This document shows, piece by piece, positions 13,628 through 26,149 of a DNA stretch of 64,000 bases. The position numbers and the translations under genes are program-made. The stretch comes from the human T2T-CHM13v2.0 reference genome, Homo sapiens. The stretch lies in NCBI RefSeq assembly GCF_009914755.1, contig NC_060932.1. One strand, written 5' to 3'. The notes below the pieces were generated by a model that ran no database searches, was not told where the DNA came from, and saw only the letters and a program-made list of their open reading frames with translations. The first letter of the stretch is position 1; every line of letters begins with the position of its first letter.

Positions 13628-13882
13628 TAGGAGTTTAAGAAATTATATCTCCTTTGGTACTGAATATCAAGATGTGTTGTTTTTTGTTACCTCATTAATA
13701 GGAACTCTATTTGGCATAGCACACAAAAAGATGTTTCATTTAGTTACTTTGAATATATTGGATCTTATTCTTTCACAAAAGCAATTTATGACCATTGTCA
13801 AGTCAAATAATATGGATATTTATATGAAAATTAGTATCAAATCAACTTTCCTAAAGGGACAAATGTTATTAGGTATGTATTT

Positions 13883-14690
<808 letters not shown>

Positions 14691-15194
14691 AGGTATGTAT
14701 TTTATACCTTTTTTCTGCACTAATAATTTTTGTTTTTCTCTCATTTTTCTCTTTTGTTCTTTCTTCTTTAATCTCCAAATGAGATCACCCTTTACACATT
14801 ATTCTGTAATTTAAAAGCACAATATTCATAGGGTATATATATATCGTATTATATATAATTATATTATATATTACTTATAATAAATAATAAATAGATTATT
14901 ATATATTTCTATTATCTATTATCTATTTAATATTTTCCTAATGGTTGTCGTTTAAATTTTTAATACATTAATTTAGTGACTTTTCCTAATCCAAACGATG
15001 CTCTAATAAACATGCGAATTTTTATATCTCCATGCATTACTACTTTATATATCAGTAAAAGAGGGTCTCAGAAGTGGAAGTGATAGTCAAGGGGCATGTA
15101 TTTTTTGTGAGATTAATTTGAAAAATTTCTAAAGTGCAGAAAAAGTTGACGTACAGGTACACGTTTATTTATAATGATTTCTTCAGTTACTGTT

Positions 15195-17270
15195 TTCTCA
15201 GTCAGATTTACTGAGATCAATTTACATACAGTCAAATTCACCTTTGAAAGTATGTGGGTCTATGAGCTTTGATGCATGCATTCAGTCGCACAGCCACCAC
15301 CACAGTCAAGTTACAGAATTGTTCTACCAACTCAAAACTCCTCTCATGACCCTTTGTAATGAACCTGCTTCCTTCTCCCAGATACCTGTCTTTATAGTTT
15401 TGCCATTTCCAGAATATGACATAAACGGAGTCAAGCAGTTTATGACCTTTGGATTTACCATAATGCATTTGAAATTCATTCATCTTGTTGCTCATACCAA
15501 TAATTCATTCCTTTTTACTGCTGAGTAATATGCAATTATATGGTTGTACTACAGTTTGTTTATCCATTCACCAGCTGAAGGACATTTGAATTTTCCCCAG
15601 ATTTAGTGATTATGAATGAAGCTGCTCTATTTGCCTAAAATTTACATAAGCGTAAGTGTTCATTTCTTTTTGGTAAATACATAGGAATGAAATTGCCTGA
15701 TCACGTGATAAGTATATCTTTAACTTTATGAGAAACTGCAAACTGTATTCCAAATTGGCTCTACCATTTTGCACCCCCATCAACAAAGTTTGAGTGTTCT
15801 TGTTGGTCCATATTGTTACCAGCACTGAGTATTGTTGCTTTGTTGTTGGTACTTCAAAATTTTAGTCATTCAAATAGGTGCATAGTGGTATCTCTTGTGA
15901 TTTTAATATGCATTTTCCTAATGGCTACTGATATTGAACATCTTTTGATGTGTATTTTTGCCACTTGTATCTCTTCTTCTGTGATGTATCTGTTCAAATC
16001 TTTTGTTCTTTTTTAACTGGTTTGTTTTCTATTTTTTGGTGTTTGAGCATTTATATGTATTATTGATGTAAGTCCTTAATCAGGTAATGTGATTTATAAA
16101 TATATTCATCTATTCTGTGGCTTGTTTTTTCATTCTTTCAATAAATTAAAGTTGTTAATTTTGATAATGTCAAACTTATCAATTGTTCTTTTGGGGATTA
16201 TGATATTGTTGACTTATATAAGAAATATGTGCCTAAATAAATTTTTTTCTTAAATGTATATAGTTTTAAATTTACTTTAGGTATTGTTTAGATAAGAACT
16301 AAATTTTACAGTTATGTCTATAATTCATTTTGAGATAATTTTATATGGTATGTATTTTATACCTTTTTTCTACACTAATAATTTCTCTAGGTATGCTTTC
16401 TCTAAGGTATGCTTTTTATTCATCTATTTAGATAAATAGACCGTTGATATAGTGAATTATGTTGACTGAACATGGTGAACTAGTTTTGCATTTCTGAAAT
16501 AAACTTCACTTGGTCATGATGTATTATCTTTTATATATAGATTCAATTTAAAAATATATTGAGAATGTTTGCATAACTATTCACAAGGGATATTTGGTCT
16601 AGAGTTTGTTGTTGCTGTTGTTCTAATAATATCTTTATCTGGTTTTATTACCAGAGTGATGTTGGCATCATAAAATGATATGGGAAGTGTCCCCACCTTT
16701 TCTGTTTTCTGGAAAAGGCTGTATAATATTGGCATTATTTCTTCTATGAGTTGTTCATAGAATTCACCAGTGAAGCTATTTGAGCCTAAATATATTTTTT
16801 GCTAGTGGATTTTAAACTATGGGTTCAATTCCTTAAAAGATAAAGGAATATTCAGGTTATCTATCTTTTCTTGAATGAGTTTTGGTAGTTTGTATCTTTT
16901 AAGAAATGTTGGCATTTAATCTAAGTTTTTTAACTAATTTGGAACAATTTTTTTGTAATGTTTTCTTATTGTCTTTATAATATTCATAAGGTCGGTGGAG
17001 ATGTTTCCACTTTCATTTTTCTAATTGGTAATTTGCGTTTTCTCTTTTTTTCTTGGCCGTTTTGGCTGTATGTCTATCAATTTTATTGATCTTTTAGAAG
17101 AACCAGTTTTTGGTTACCTTAATTTTTTCCTACTTATATTTCATTACTAGTTTTATTAATTTCTTCTTTTATCTTTATTATTTCTTTATTCTGATTGCTT
17201 TGGGTTTAGTTTGCTCTTTTCCTGGTTTCTTAAGATGGAAGCTTAGATCATTAATTTGAGAACCTTCTTG
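15195..17270 (-). mobile_element. Old L1M (L1MC/MD/ME-like) with an internal deletion at about 16346-16410
   Basis: Reverse L1M 3' UTR and ORF2 (TAGAATTCACCAGTGAAGCTATTTGAGCCT; TCTATCAATTTTATTGATCTTTTAGAAGAACCAG). Confidence 0.85.
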
Positions 17271-18115
17271 TCAACTGTCACTTGGCACAACCGTGTAAGT
17301 AGAAGAGTCTTTCGCAGAAAATATGACAAGACACAGCTGTCAGATATAAACAGATTTTATAGTAAACTAAATACTCAAATTCCAAAGCTTAAATTAAATC
17401 ACCAAATAGTAATTTCTTATTTTTTAATATAATTTTAAAAGAGCTTAGAAGTCCTAGCCAGAGCTATCAGACAAGAGAAAGAAGGAAAGAAAAGGCATCC
17501 AAATGGAAAAAGAAGTTTAATTATTTCTCTTCCCTGACAATATGATTCTATGTCTAGAAGACCCTGCCAAAAGGCTCCGAGAACTGATAGGCAACTTTAA
17601 TAAACTTTCAGGGTACAAAATCTATGCACAAAAATTTGTAGCATTTCTATACAATAACATCCAAGCAGAGAGCCAAATCAAAAATGAAATATCATTTATA
17701 GTAGCCACAAAAAAATAAAACACCTAAGAATACAGCTAACCAAGGCAGTGAAACATTTCTACAAGGAGAACTGCCAAACACTGCTAAAAGAAATCATAGA
17801 TAATATAAATAAATAGAAAAACATTCCATGCTCATGGATTGGAAGAATCAATATCATTAAAATGGCCATCCTACACAAAGCAATCTACAGATTTTAAACT
17901 ATTCCTACCAAACTACCAACATCATTTTTCAAAGAATAAGAAAAAACTATTGCACCAAAAAGAGCCTGAATAACCAAAACCATCCTAAACAAAAAGAACA
18001 AAGCTGAAGGCATCACATTATCCATCTTCAATCGATACTATAAATAATCAAAACAGCCTGGTACTGGTACAAAAACAGACACAAAGAGCAATGGAACAGA
18101 ATAGAAACCAAAGAA

Positions 18116-18420
18116 GTAATCCCAGCACTTTGGGAGGCCAAGGTAGGAGGATCACTTGAACCCAGGAGTTCGGGAGCAGCCTGAGCAACATAGTGAAACC
18201 CTGTCTGTACAAATAATAATAATATTAATAATAATAAAAAAATTAACTGAGGGTGGTGGCTTGTGCTTGTAGTCCTACCTACTCAGGAGGTTGAGATGGG
18301 ATAATTTCTTGAGCCTGGGAGACTGAGGCTGCAGTTAGCTGTGATCACGCCACTGCACTCCAGCCGGGGTGACAGAGTAAGACCCTGTCCCCCCAAAACC
18401 CAAAACAAAACAAAAAAGAA
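18116..18420 (+). mobile_element. 5'-truncated AluJ with (AAT)n-expanded middle linker
   Basis: AluJ diagnostics GGAGGATCACTTGAACCCAGGAGTTC, GAGGCTGCAGT and AAGACCCTGTC. Confidence 0.9.
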
Positions 18421-19072
18421 AAACCAGAAATAAAGCCACACACCTATAGCCATCTGATTTTTGACGAAGTCAAAAACAAAAATGCAGTGGGAAAAGGACT
18501 CCCTATTCAATAAATGGTGCTAGGATAGATGGCTAGTCATATGCAGAAGAATGAAACTGAACCCCTATGTTTCACCATGTACAAAAATCAACTCAAGATG
18601 AATTAAAGATTTAAATGTAAGACCTCAAACTATAAGAATCCTAGAAGAAAACCCAGGAAACACCATTCTGGACATCAGCCTTAGGAAAGAATTTATGACT
18701 AGGTCCTCAAAAGCAATTGCAATAAAAAACAAAAATTGATAAATGGGACCTATTAAACTAAAGAATTTCTGCACAGCAAAATAAACTATCAACAGAGTAA
18801 ACAGACAACCTACAGAATGGGGGAATATTAGCAAACTATGCATCCAACAAAAGTCTAAAATCCAGAATTCATAAGGAAATTAAATAATTCAATAAGTGAA
18901 AAATATCCCATTAAAAAGCAGGCAAAACAGACACTTCTCAAAAGAAGATATACAAGTGGCCAGCAAACATAAAAAAAATGCTCAACATCACTAATCATCA
19001 GAGAAATGTAAATAAAAATCACGATGAGATACCATCTCACACCAGTCACAGTGGCTTTTATTAAAAAGCCAA

Positions 19073-19369
19073 GGCCCAGGCGTAGTGGCTCACGCCTGTA
19101 ACCCCAACACTTTGGGAGGCCGAGGCGGGTGGATCACGAGGTTAGGAGATCGAGATCATCCTGGCCAACATGGTGAAACCCCGTCTCTACTAAAAGTACA
19201 AAAATTAGCTGGGCATGGCGGTGGGTGCCTGTAATCCCAGCTGCTCGGAGAGGCTGAGGCAGGAGAATCGCTTGAACCCGGAGGCAGAGGTTGCAGTGAG
19301 CCGAGGTGGCGCCACTGCACTCCAGCCTGGGCGACAGAGACTCCGTCTCAAAAAAAAAAAAAAAAAAAA
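19073..19369 (+). mobile_element. AluS (Sc-like)
   Basis: Full dimer with a pure A tail. TSD AAAAAGCCAA (19063-19072 / 19370-19379). Confidence 0.93.
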
Positions 19370-19381
19370 AAAAAGCCAAAA

Positions 19382-19723
19382 GGCGGGGCACGGTGGCTCA
19401 CGCCTGTAATCCCAGCACTTTGAGAGGCCAAGGCTGTGGATCACCTGAGGTCAGGAGTTGGAGACCAGCCTGGCCAACGTGGTGAAACCTCGTCTCTACT
19501 AAAAATACAAAAATTAGCCGGGCGTGAGGGCAGGTGCCTGTAATCTCAGCTGCTCAGGCGGCTGAGGCAGGAGAATTGCTGGAATCCGAGAGGTAGAGGT
19601 TGCAGTGAGCCGAGATCGTGCCATTGTTCAATGAGATCGACCCCAGCCCGGGCCAAAAACAGCGAGACCCCATCTCAAAAACAAACAAACAAACAAAAAC
19701 AAACAAACAAACAAACAAACAAA
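19382..19723 (+). mobile_element. AluS (Sx/Sq-like) with (CAAA)n tail
   Basis: GATCACCTGAGGTCAGGAG diagnostic; full dimer. Confidence 0.92.
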
Positions 19724-20639
19724 CCCCAAAAAACTATAGATGCTGGCCAGGCTGTGGAGAAAAGGCAACACTTATACACTCAGTAGGAATCTAAATTAAT
19801 TCAGCCACTGTGGAAAGTAGTTTGCGGATCTGTAAATTACTTAAAATAGAGTGACCATTTGACCCTGCAATCCCATTACTGGGTATATACCCAAAAGAAA
19901 ATAAATTGTTCTACCAAAAAGACTCATGCAGTTATATGTTCATTGCAGCACTATTCATGATAACAAGGGCACGAAATCAACCTTGTTGGTCATCAAAGTT
20001 GAGCAGCTTGGATAAAGAAAATATAGGACATATATACCATGGAATAGAACGCAGCTGTATAAAAGAACAAAGTAATGTTTTTGCGCAATGCGGATGCAGC
20101 TGGAGGTCAAATACCACATGTTCTCACTTGTAAATGGGAGCTAAACATTGGATACTCATAGACATAGAGACAGGAACAGTAGACACTGGAGACTCCTGGA
20201 GTGGAGGTGGGGGAGGCAATGGTTGAAAAACTATTGGGTATTATAAACATTGGGTAATTTTATTGCTTACTACTTGGGTAAAGGAGTCAATCATACTCCA
20301 AACCTCAGCATCAGGCAATATACCCATGAAACAACCTGCACATGTACATCCTGAATCTAAAATAAAATTTGAAAATAAAATAAAAGAGCTGGTAAATGTT
20401 GTTGAGCATGAAATGCGACTAAGCTAGATGGTACACATAGAAGATAGTGGTCAACGTGTAATTAGGTGAAGATATGGGGCAGAACAAATTTACCAACTTA
20501 GCACGGCCAAGTTACCACTCTATCTGATACCAATTTATACCTGAGGACTTCCATATTCCACATAAGATTTGAGAAGGGGCTCAAAGGCCTAAATTAATGG
20601 AACCAGAGGTATAGGAATGGAGTAGAATAGAACAAAACA

Positions 20640-20790
20640 TCTTAGTATGTTAAAGCTGGAAGGAGCAGTAAAATGATCTCGTTTAACTTATTTTTTTCTA
20701 ATAATAGGAAAATTGAGGACAAGAGAGGCTAATTAACTTGGCTATCACAATCTAGATGACAAGGGCAGAATCGAGATCCTGGAAACCTGT
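20640..20790 (-). mobile_element. MIR-family fragment
   Basis: AGCTGGAAGG...ATAGGAAAATTGAGGACAAGAGAGGCTAATTAACTTGG resembles the reverse MIR core. Confidence 0.55.
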
Positions 20791-20909
20791 GTTGTTGCTC
20801 TAAAGGCAAGGACCATGTCTTTTTGTTTTTTTCAGATTCCCCACTCTGAAGAACATAACACTGTGTATCATTTTGCAAATTATGGGAAATATTTAAAGAT
20901 GAAAACCAG

Positions 20910-20911
<2 letters not shown>

Positions 20912-20959
<48 letters not shown>
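20912..20959. repeat. (AC)24 microsatellite followed by a GA-rich tract
   Basis: Read directly from the sequence. Confidence 0.98.
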
Positions 20960-20962
<3 letters not shown>

Positions 20963-22375
20963 GGGGGAGGGGGAGAGAGAGAGAGTCAGACAGTGAAAAA
21001 GAGAGAACATTTATTTTGTTTCTTAAAGAAATGCTTTTTCTAGTTGTGTTTGTGTTGAGCCAGTAAAAAAATATCTGAAAAAAGTGTATTTGTCTCTGTC
21101 ACTGTTCTTCCTTAGAGGAAAAAGAATCAAACCTTTGTTCTCTATTTTTCTCCTATCAGACTTAGAGAGGCTTTATTTTGCCTGGAGTGGGACTTCTTGA
21201 GGATAGGGCTGAGTGATACCAAGACCTCTTATAGATTTTTCAGGTATACCAGCCGAAGGGCAATTAAAGAGTAAAGAAAAACAAATCTCTTTTAAATGTT
21301 CGCTATAAACTTCGCATGTAAACAAAGTGAAGTATTACTTCTGAAAATTAGCAGACTCATTGTGAATATCTCTTAGGCATTTTTTAAAAATTCCCTAAAT
21401 GTTAAACATTTATTAATTTTTAGTATGTCCTCTAGCTTTGAGTCAAAAGGGGAATTTTTCCTACTTGTACTCATCATAGTAATATGTCAGATGAAAATTA
21501 TATATGCTGTTATTTAATGAAAAAACATTATTGGTGGTTTGAAAAAGAAACTCATTCTTTTTTATTTTCCTAGAATATCTGTGAAACAACCTACTTAGAA
21601 AAAAACACCCACAAGCAAACACACACAGATATACATATACACAAAACCAAATAACAAAATCACTTTCTGTTGCAGTAGATCAAAGATCTAGCTGTGCCCA
21701 GGGAAGTTGTTCTGTCTTCTGCCTTCCTTACCAAAGCATTTTGCTTTATTGAGAAACTTTTATAATCCCCAAATCCTTAAAAACCTTAGAAAGAGAAAAA
21801 AAAAATTTTCAAATTTTTTACCTTCCCAGTTCAAGTCTTCATCAAGGTATAACATTTTACCATGAAAAAATAACTCCATTCAGTTAACAATTAACCTCTA
21901 ATAAATTGCATGTGCTTTGAGGATGGGTAAAACATTTCACTTGTATTGGTCATTAACATGTTTATATGGATAGAATTAATTCATTTTCCTATCTGTGTTA
22001 TTAATACAGCCTTTTCAGGACCAACAAGCCACTGAGGTAAGTCTTGATAGGTGGGAGAATGGAGAGATAGAACCATGGTTGAGAGTTTCACCTAGAAGGG
22101 TCAGACCTATGCAGAGCTGCAGGAAAGGATATTGGATAGCCAGAGGCCATGTGGTGGCCCCTGAGCAGCTCAGTGGGTGAGAAATGAGGACCATGAAGAA
22201 TGAGTGCACTGGTGAAAATTTTTGCTTTTCTCATAGTTTTTTTTTTAATAAGACTCACCCTGAAGATTAACATGTGAACTGAAGTTTTCTTGAAATAGGG
22301 TAGAAATGTACAATGCCACCAAATATGTAGAAATAACTATTTTCTTGCCATTATCTTTAGTTTGCATCACAAGGT

Positions 22376-22740
22376 TGTATTCATTCATTTTTACACTGCT
22401 ATAAAGAATACCTGAGACTGAGAAATTTATAAACCAAAGAGGCTTCATTGATTCACAGTTGTGCATGGCTGGGGAGGCCTTAGGAAACTAAAACCATGGT
22501 GGATGGTGAAGGGGAAGCAAGGCGCATCTTACATAGCAGGAGGAGAGAGAGCGAGGGAAGAGGGAATTGCCAAACACTTTTAAAACCATCAGCCCTCATG
22601 AGAACTCCCTCACTATCATGAGAACAGCATGGGGGAAACCAGCCCGATGATCCAATCACCTCCTATCAGGTCCCTCCTTCGACACATGGGGATTACAATT
22701 TGAGATGAGATTTGGGTGGGGACACAGCCAAACCATATCA
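22376..22740 (-). mobile_element. MaLR solo LTR (THE1D/MSTA-like)
   Basis: TG...CA termini; ends GAGATTTGGGTGGGGACACAGCCAAACCATATCA (reverse of the THE1/MST start). Perfect 5-bp TSD AAGGT (22371-22375 / 22741-22745). Confidence 0.95.
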
Positions 22741-23949
22741 AAGGTTTACATCTTTTAAAATCACAATGCATCATTTAAATGCAGAACTATGAATTTAGAG
22801 GTCCTGATTCCACAGGGGAAGGGGAGACATCATTTACATACACCCAAAAATGACACTGTAATTTTTCAAGGGCAGAACTACAGGATTCAAAAGAGCATTT
22901 CTAATTGGGCTAAGCCTGTAAACCACTTTCCTTGACATATTATTTTCTCTAGCACGATAGCTTCACACTAAGCTTCCACAAAAAACAGCCTGGACTCATT
23001 ATTTTACCTCCCACCTTCCATTGACTCTTATCATCCATTGGAATATTCTTTGTCACTCTCCACCACTCTACTGAAATTGCCTCCCCTAAGGAAGGTCCTT
23101 CAAACCATCAAACCCAATGAACACTAGTGCCCCTCACTGGTACTTCTGCTGAACTGAGCCAATTTGCTAGCCCAATGTTGGTGGGCAGAGGGCATTCTCT
23201 GGTGTCCTGTTTTAGGCTCCATCCAAGGCCAATATGTACCTTAGGAAGTTGCATCTGAGTCTCAGGTTTGGGGCCTTCTCAGGATTCTGTTCCTCCTCCA
23301 GTTGCTGGGTTCCCTAGTGACTTGTGCCCAGGATATTTCCCTGCCTTTTCCCCAGGAGTGGAAACATTCTTTTCTCTGCTCCCTTTTTGTGGTTTTCATG
23401 GGTCTTCACATGTGTCCTCATGGTGATATGTGCTCTTCCCTCAGTGGCTTAAGAATTTTGTGTGTGTGTTGGGGAGAAATGATAGAAAGATTGGGGCAGG
23501 TTTTAGCCTTTTCTGCAGCAGCTTCTACTCCCCTCCCCTAGACCTCAACAAGGAAGGCCTCCTTCAGTTTCCCTCCCTGTTCCCAATCTTTCTTTTGAGT
23601 ACTTCCTGAGATCCATGAAGAAGAAAAGAGCCCAGCAGTGAATTTGTCTTTTCCTATGTCTATGACTCCCATAAATTCTATAATATCACTGTCACACTAG
23701 TCCACTTGCAGCATTTAGCATTTTGTTAAAAACTTTAGCTTGATTCTTCCTGTTAGCTTGTATGGACCCTGGGTATGCCCTAGATAGGTAGGTCTTGCAT
23801 TCTATTTTTGTAGTTGTTATTGTTGGAAGCACCTACCTTTCCTTAGCCTTCAGGCTGGATCACTATCCTGTCACCTTAGCTTTCTCATTATTCAAAAAAT
23901 TATTGACTTTTTTCTCGTTTAGTATATTATTGTCTTTTTACTGTTTCTT

Positions 23950-25470
23950 ATTCTCCTCAATTAGAAAGACTCTCTTCAGCTTTCTACATTTGAAGTGGAA
24001 GCCAGAAGTCTTGCCTTCATTTTCGAAAGGCAGTTTTGATAGGCACAGAATTTTAGATTGACAGGATTTGTGTCCTTTATACTATGAAGATATCTTTTTT
24101 CTCCTCTGTGTGCTTATAAGATTTTTTGTTGCTGTTTCTCTGATTATTGTGATATATTTTGCTGTAGTTTTTTCATCTTCATTTGGCTGGAACTTTATTG
24201 AATTTTTGGATCTGTGAATTTATAATTTCCATTTAATTTGGAAAATTTTCTATGATTATTTCTTCTCCTTTTGTCTGTCCCCCTTTTCTTCTCCTTCTGG
24301 GGTTTTAATTACACTTTATTACTTACTTGGCAATTTCCACAGGTCTCTGATGTTCATTTTTTTTCTGTTCATTTTTCAGTGGTATTTTTCTCTGAGTCTT
24401 ATTTAGGATAGTTTCTATTTCTATGTCTTATAGTTCACTGATTATTTCTTCTGCAGTGTCTAATATGGTCTTAATTCTGTCCAGTGAATTTTTAATTTTA
24501 TATATTGTGTTTTTCACTCTCAAAGTCTGTAATATATTTCATTACCCTTCTTATCATGTTCATAATTTCTTCTGCTTTTTAAAGCATGTGGAGTATATTT
24601 GTGATAATGGATTTAATGTTATTTGACAATGTTAAATAGTGTTTGATGATTCTCTCAATGTGCCATTTGTCTACTTCTATTGCTTATTTTTTCTCTTGTT
24701 TTTGAGTTTTATTTTCCTGTTTCTTTGAATCAATGGTGTTTTCTTTTTTGGATATTAGGCATTGAGAATTTTATAATTTATATTTCTTTTAATATTGTTG
24801 GGCTTTGTTTTAGGACACAGTGAAGTTACTTGGAATCAGTTTGTTTCTTTTGAAGCTAATTTTTAAGCTTTTATAGGGCATGTTCAGAACCTTTCTACTA
24901 AGGCAATGTCCTTCTAGATTCTACTTGATTCCTCTTACATGTGGAGATCTTTCTACTCTGACTGATTGAAATGTAGAATCTTCCCAATCCTATTTTCAAT
25001 TCCAAGGATTGTTGTACTTATTCCTTTTCTTTCTTGTAGTTCTTTCCTCAGCTTCTGCTACTTTCCTCCCACCATGTATGTACAGAGCCCTTCTTAGTCA
25101 AATATTCAAGAGAAACCACCTGAAGATCTCTGGAGACATCTCTGTGCAGTTCGTTTCTCTGAGTTATTTTTTTCCCACAACAAATTCTAGCACCTTGGCC
25201 TTCCTGAACTCCCAATGATGCCTCCTCTACTCATCCGGGCCTCTGGACCCTGATTGGGTTTCTTCTTGCACTGCAGTCTGAAAGGTTTCTATGGGCAGTT
25301 AGCTTGAGCAACTATAGGTCTCACCTGATTTCTTTCCCTCAGGGATCATTGTTTTGGGCTATCAACAATATCTGAGAATTGCATTTCATGCATTTTGTCT
25401 ACTTGTGTAGTTGCTTAAGGTGGGGTGACAAATTTCATCCCTATTAGTACATCATGGCTTCCCAGAACCT
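23950..25470 (-). mobile_element. Old L1M 5'/ORF1-region relic
   Basis: T-rich strand with L1M motifs (GGCACAGAATTTTAGATTGACAG; TTTGGAAAATTTTCTATGATTATTTCTTC; TTCTTCTGCAGTGTCTAAT); may extend left to about 23300. Confidence 0.7.
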
Positions 25471-26149
25471 GATCCATGTCATACTGCAATTTAGAAACTT
25501 GGTTTAATCCAAACATCTGCCCTCTCTACTCTCGTTACTGAGATGCTGGGGGACTGCTGGAAGACATCACATAAACATGAGCAATGTTGACACTATATTT
25601 TTACAGTCCTCAATTTCAGCTGTTTTCCCAACACCATTTCCCATTACAGCTATTTCAAATGCTTGCCAATCTTTTCAAGTCCCCAATTCCAACATCTAGA
25701 AAGTTTTGTAAGCAAATTAATCTTTTTAATATGCTCCAGAAGAGATTAAGGACATCTTAACGGAAATTCCTCAAATCTCCTATCAATACGCCTAAAATTA
25801 CAACTCCTTCCCTTATACTCTTTACATATTTTCTTTCCTCTTTTCTGTGATCTTGATCATAGATTGCTACCTTTTGATGTTATGTTTTTCTTTTTAAAAT
25901 ATTTTGCTTGTCATTGTATCTTTTTTATTTTGTCTCACAATATGATTGTTGCAAAAGATTAAAACTTTATGGAAGAGTGAAAGCCATCCCATGCACACAT
26001 AAAAATTAATAATTTACATTAAAAGTCAGCTATAGCTATTTTTTCTGCTTCTGTGAAGTGCCCTCTCAAAGGACATTGTCTATAAACTTGTGAATATGAC
26101 TGTTAGAGGCCTCTGTGCAGACAACTATTGTCCTTTGAAAACCTAGTAT

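Larger units (their letters stand above)
17446..20380 (+). mobile_element. 5'-truncated L1PA15/16-like LINE-1 carrying three Alu insertions
   Basis: Decayed ORF2 (AAACATTCCATGCTCATGGATTGGAAGAATCAATATC) and 3' UTR CCAAACCTCAGCATCAGGCAATATACCCATG. TSD TAAAAGAGCT (17436-17445 / 20381-20390). Confidence 0.93.

Noticed and set aside
14835-14935. AT-rich self-complementary tract
   Set aside because: Low-complexity TA-rich sequence with no defined structure.
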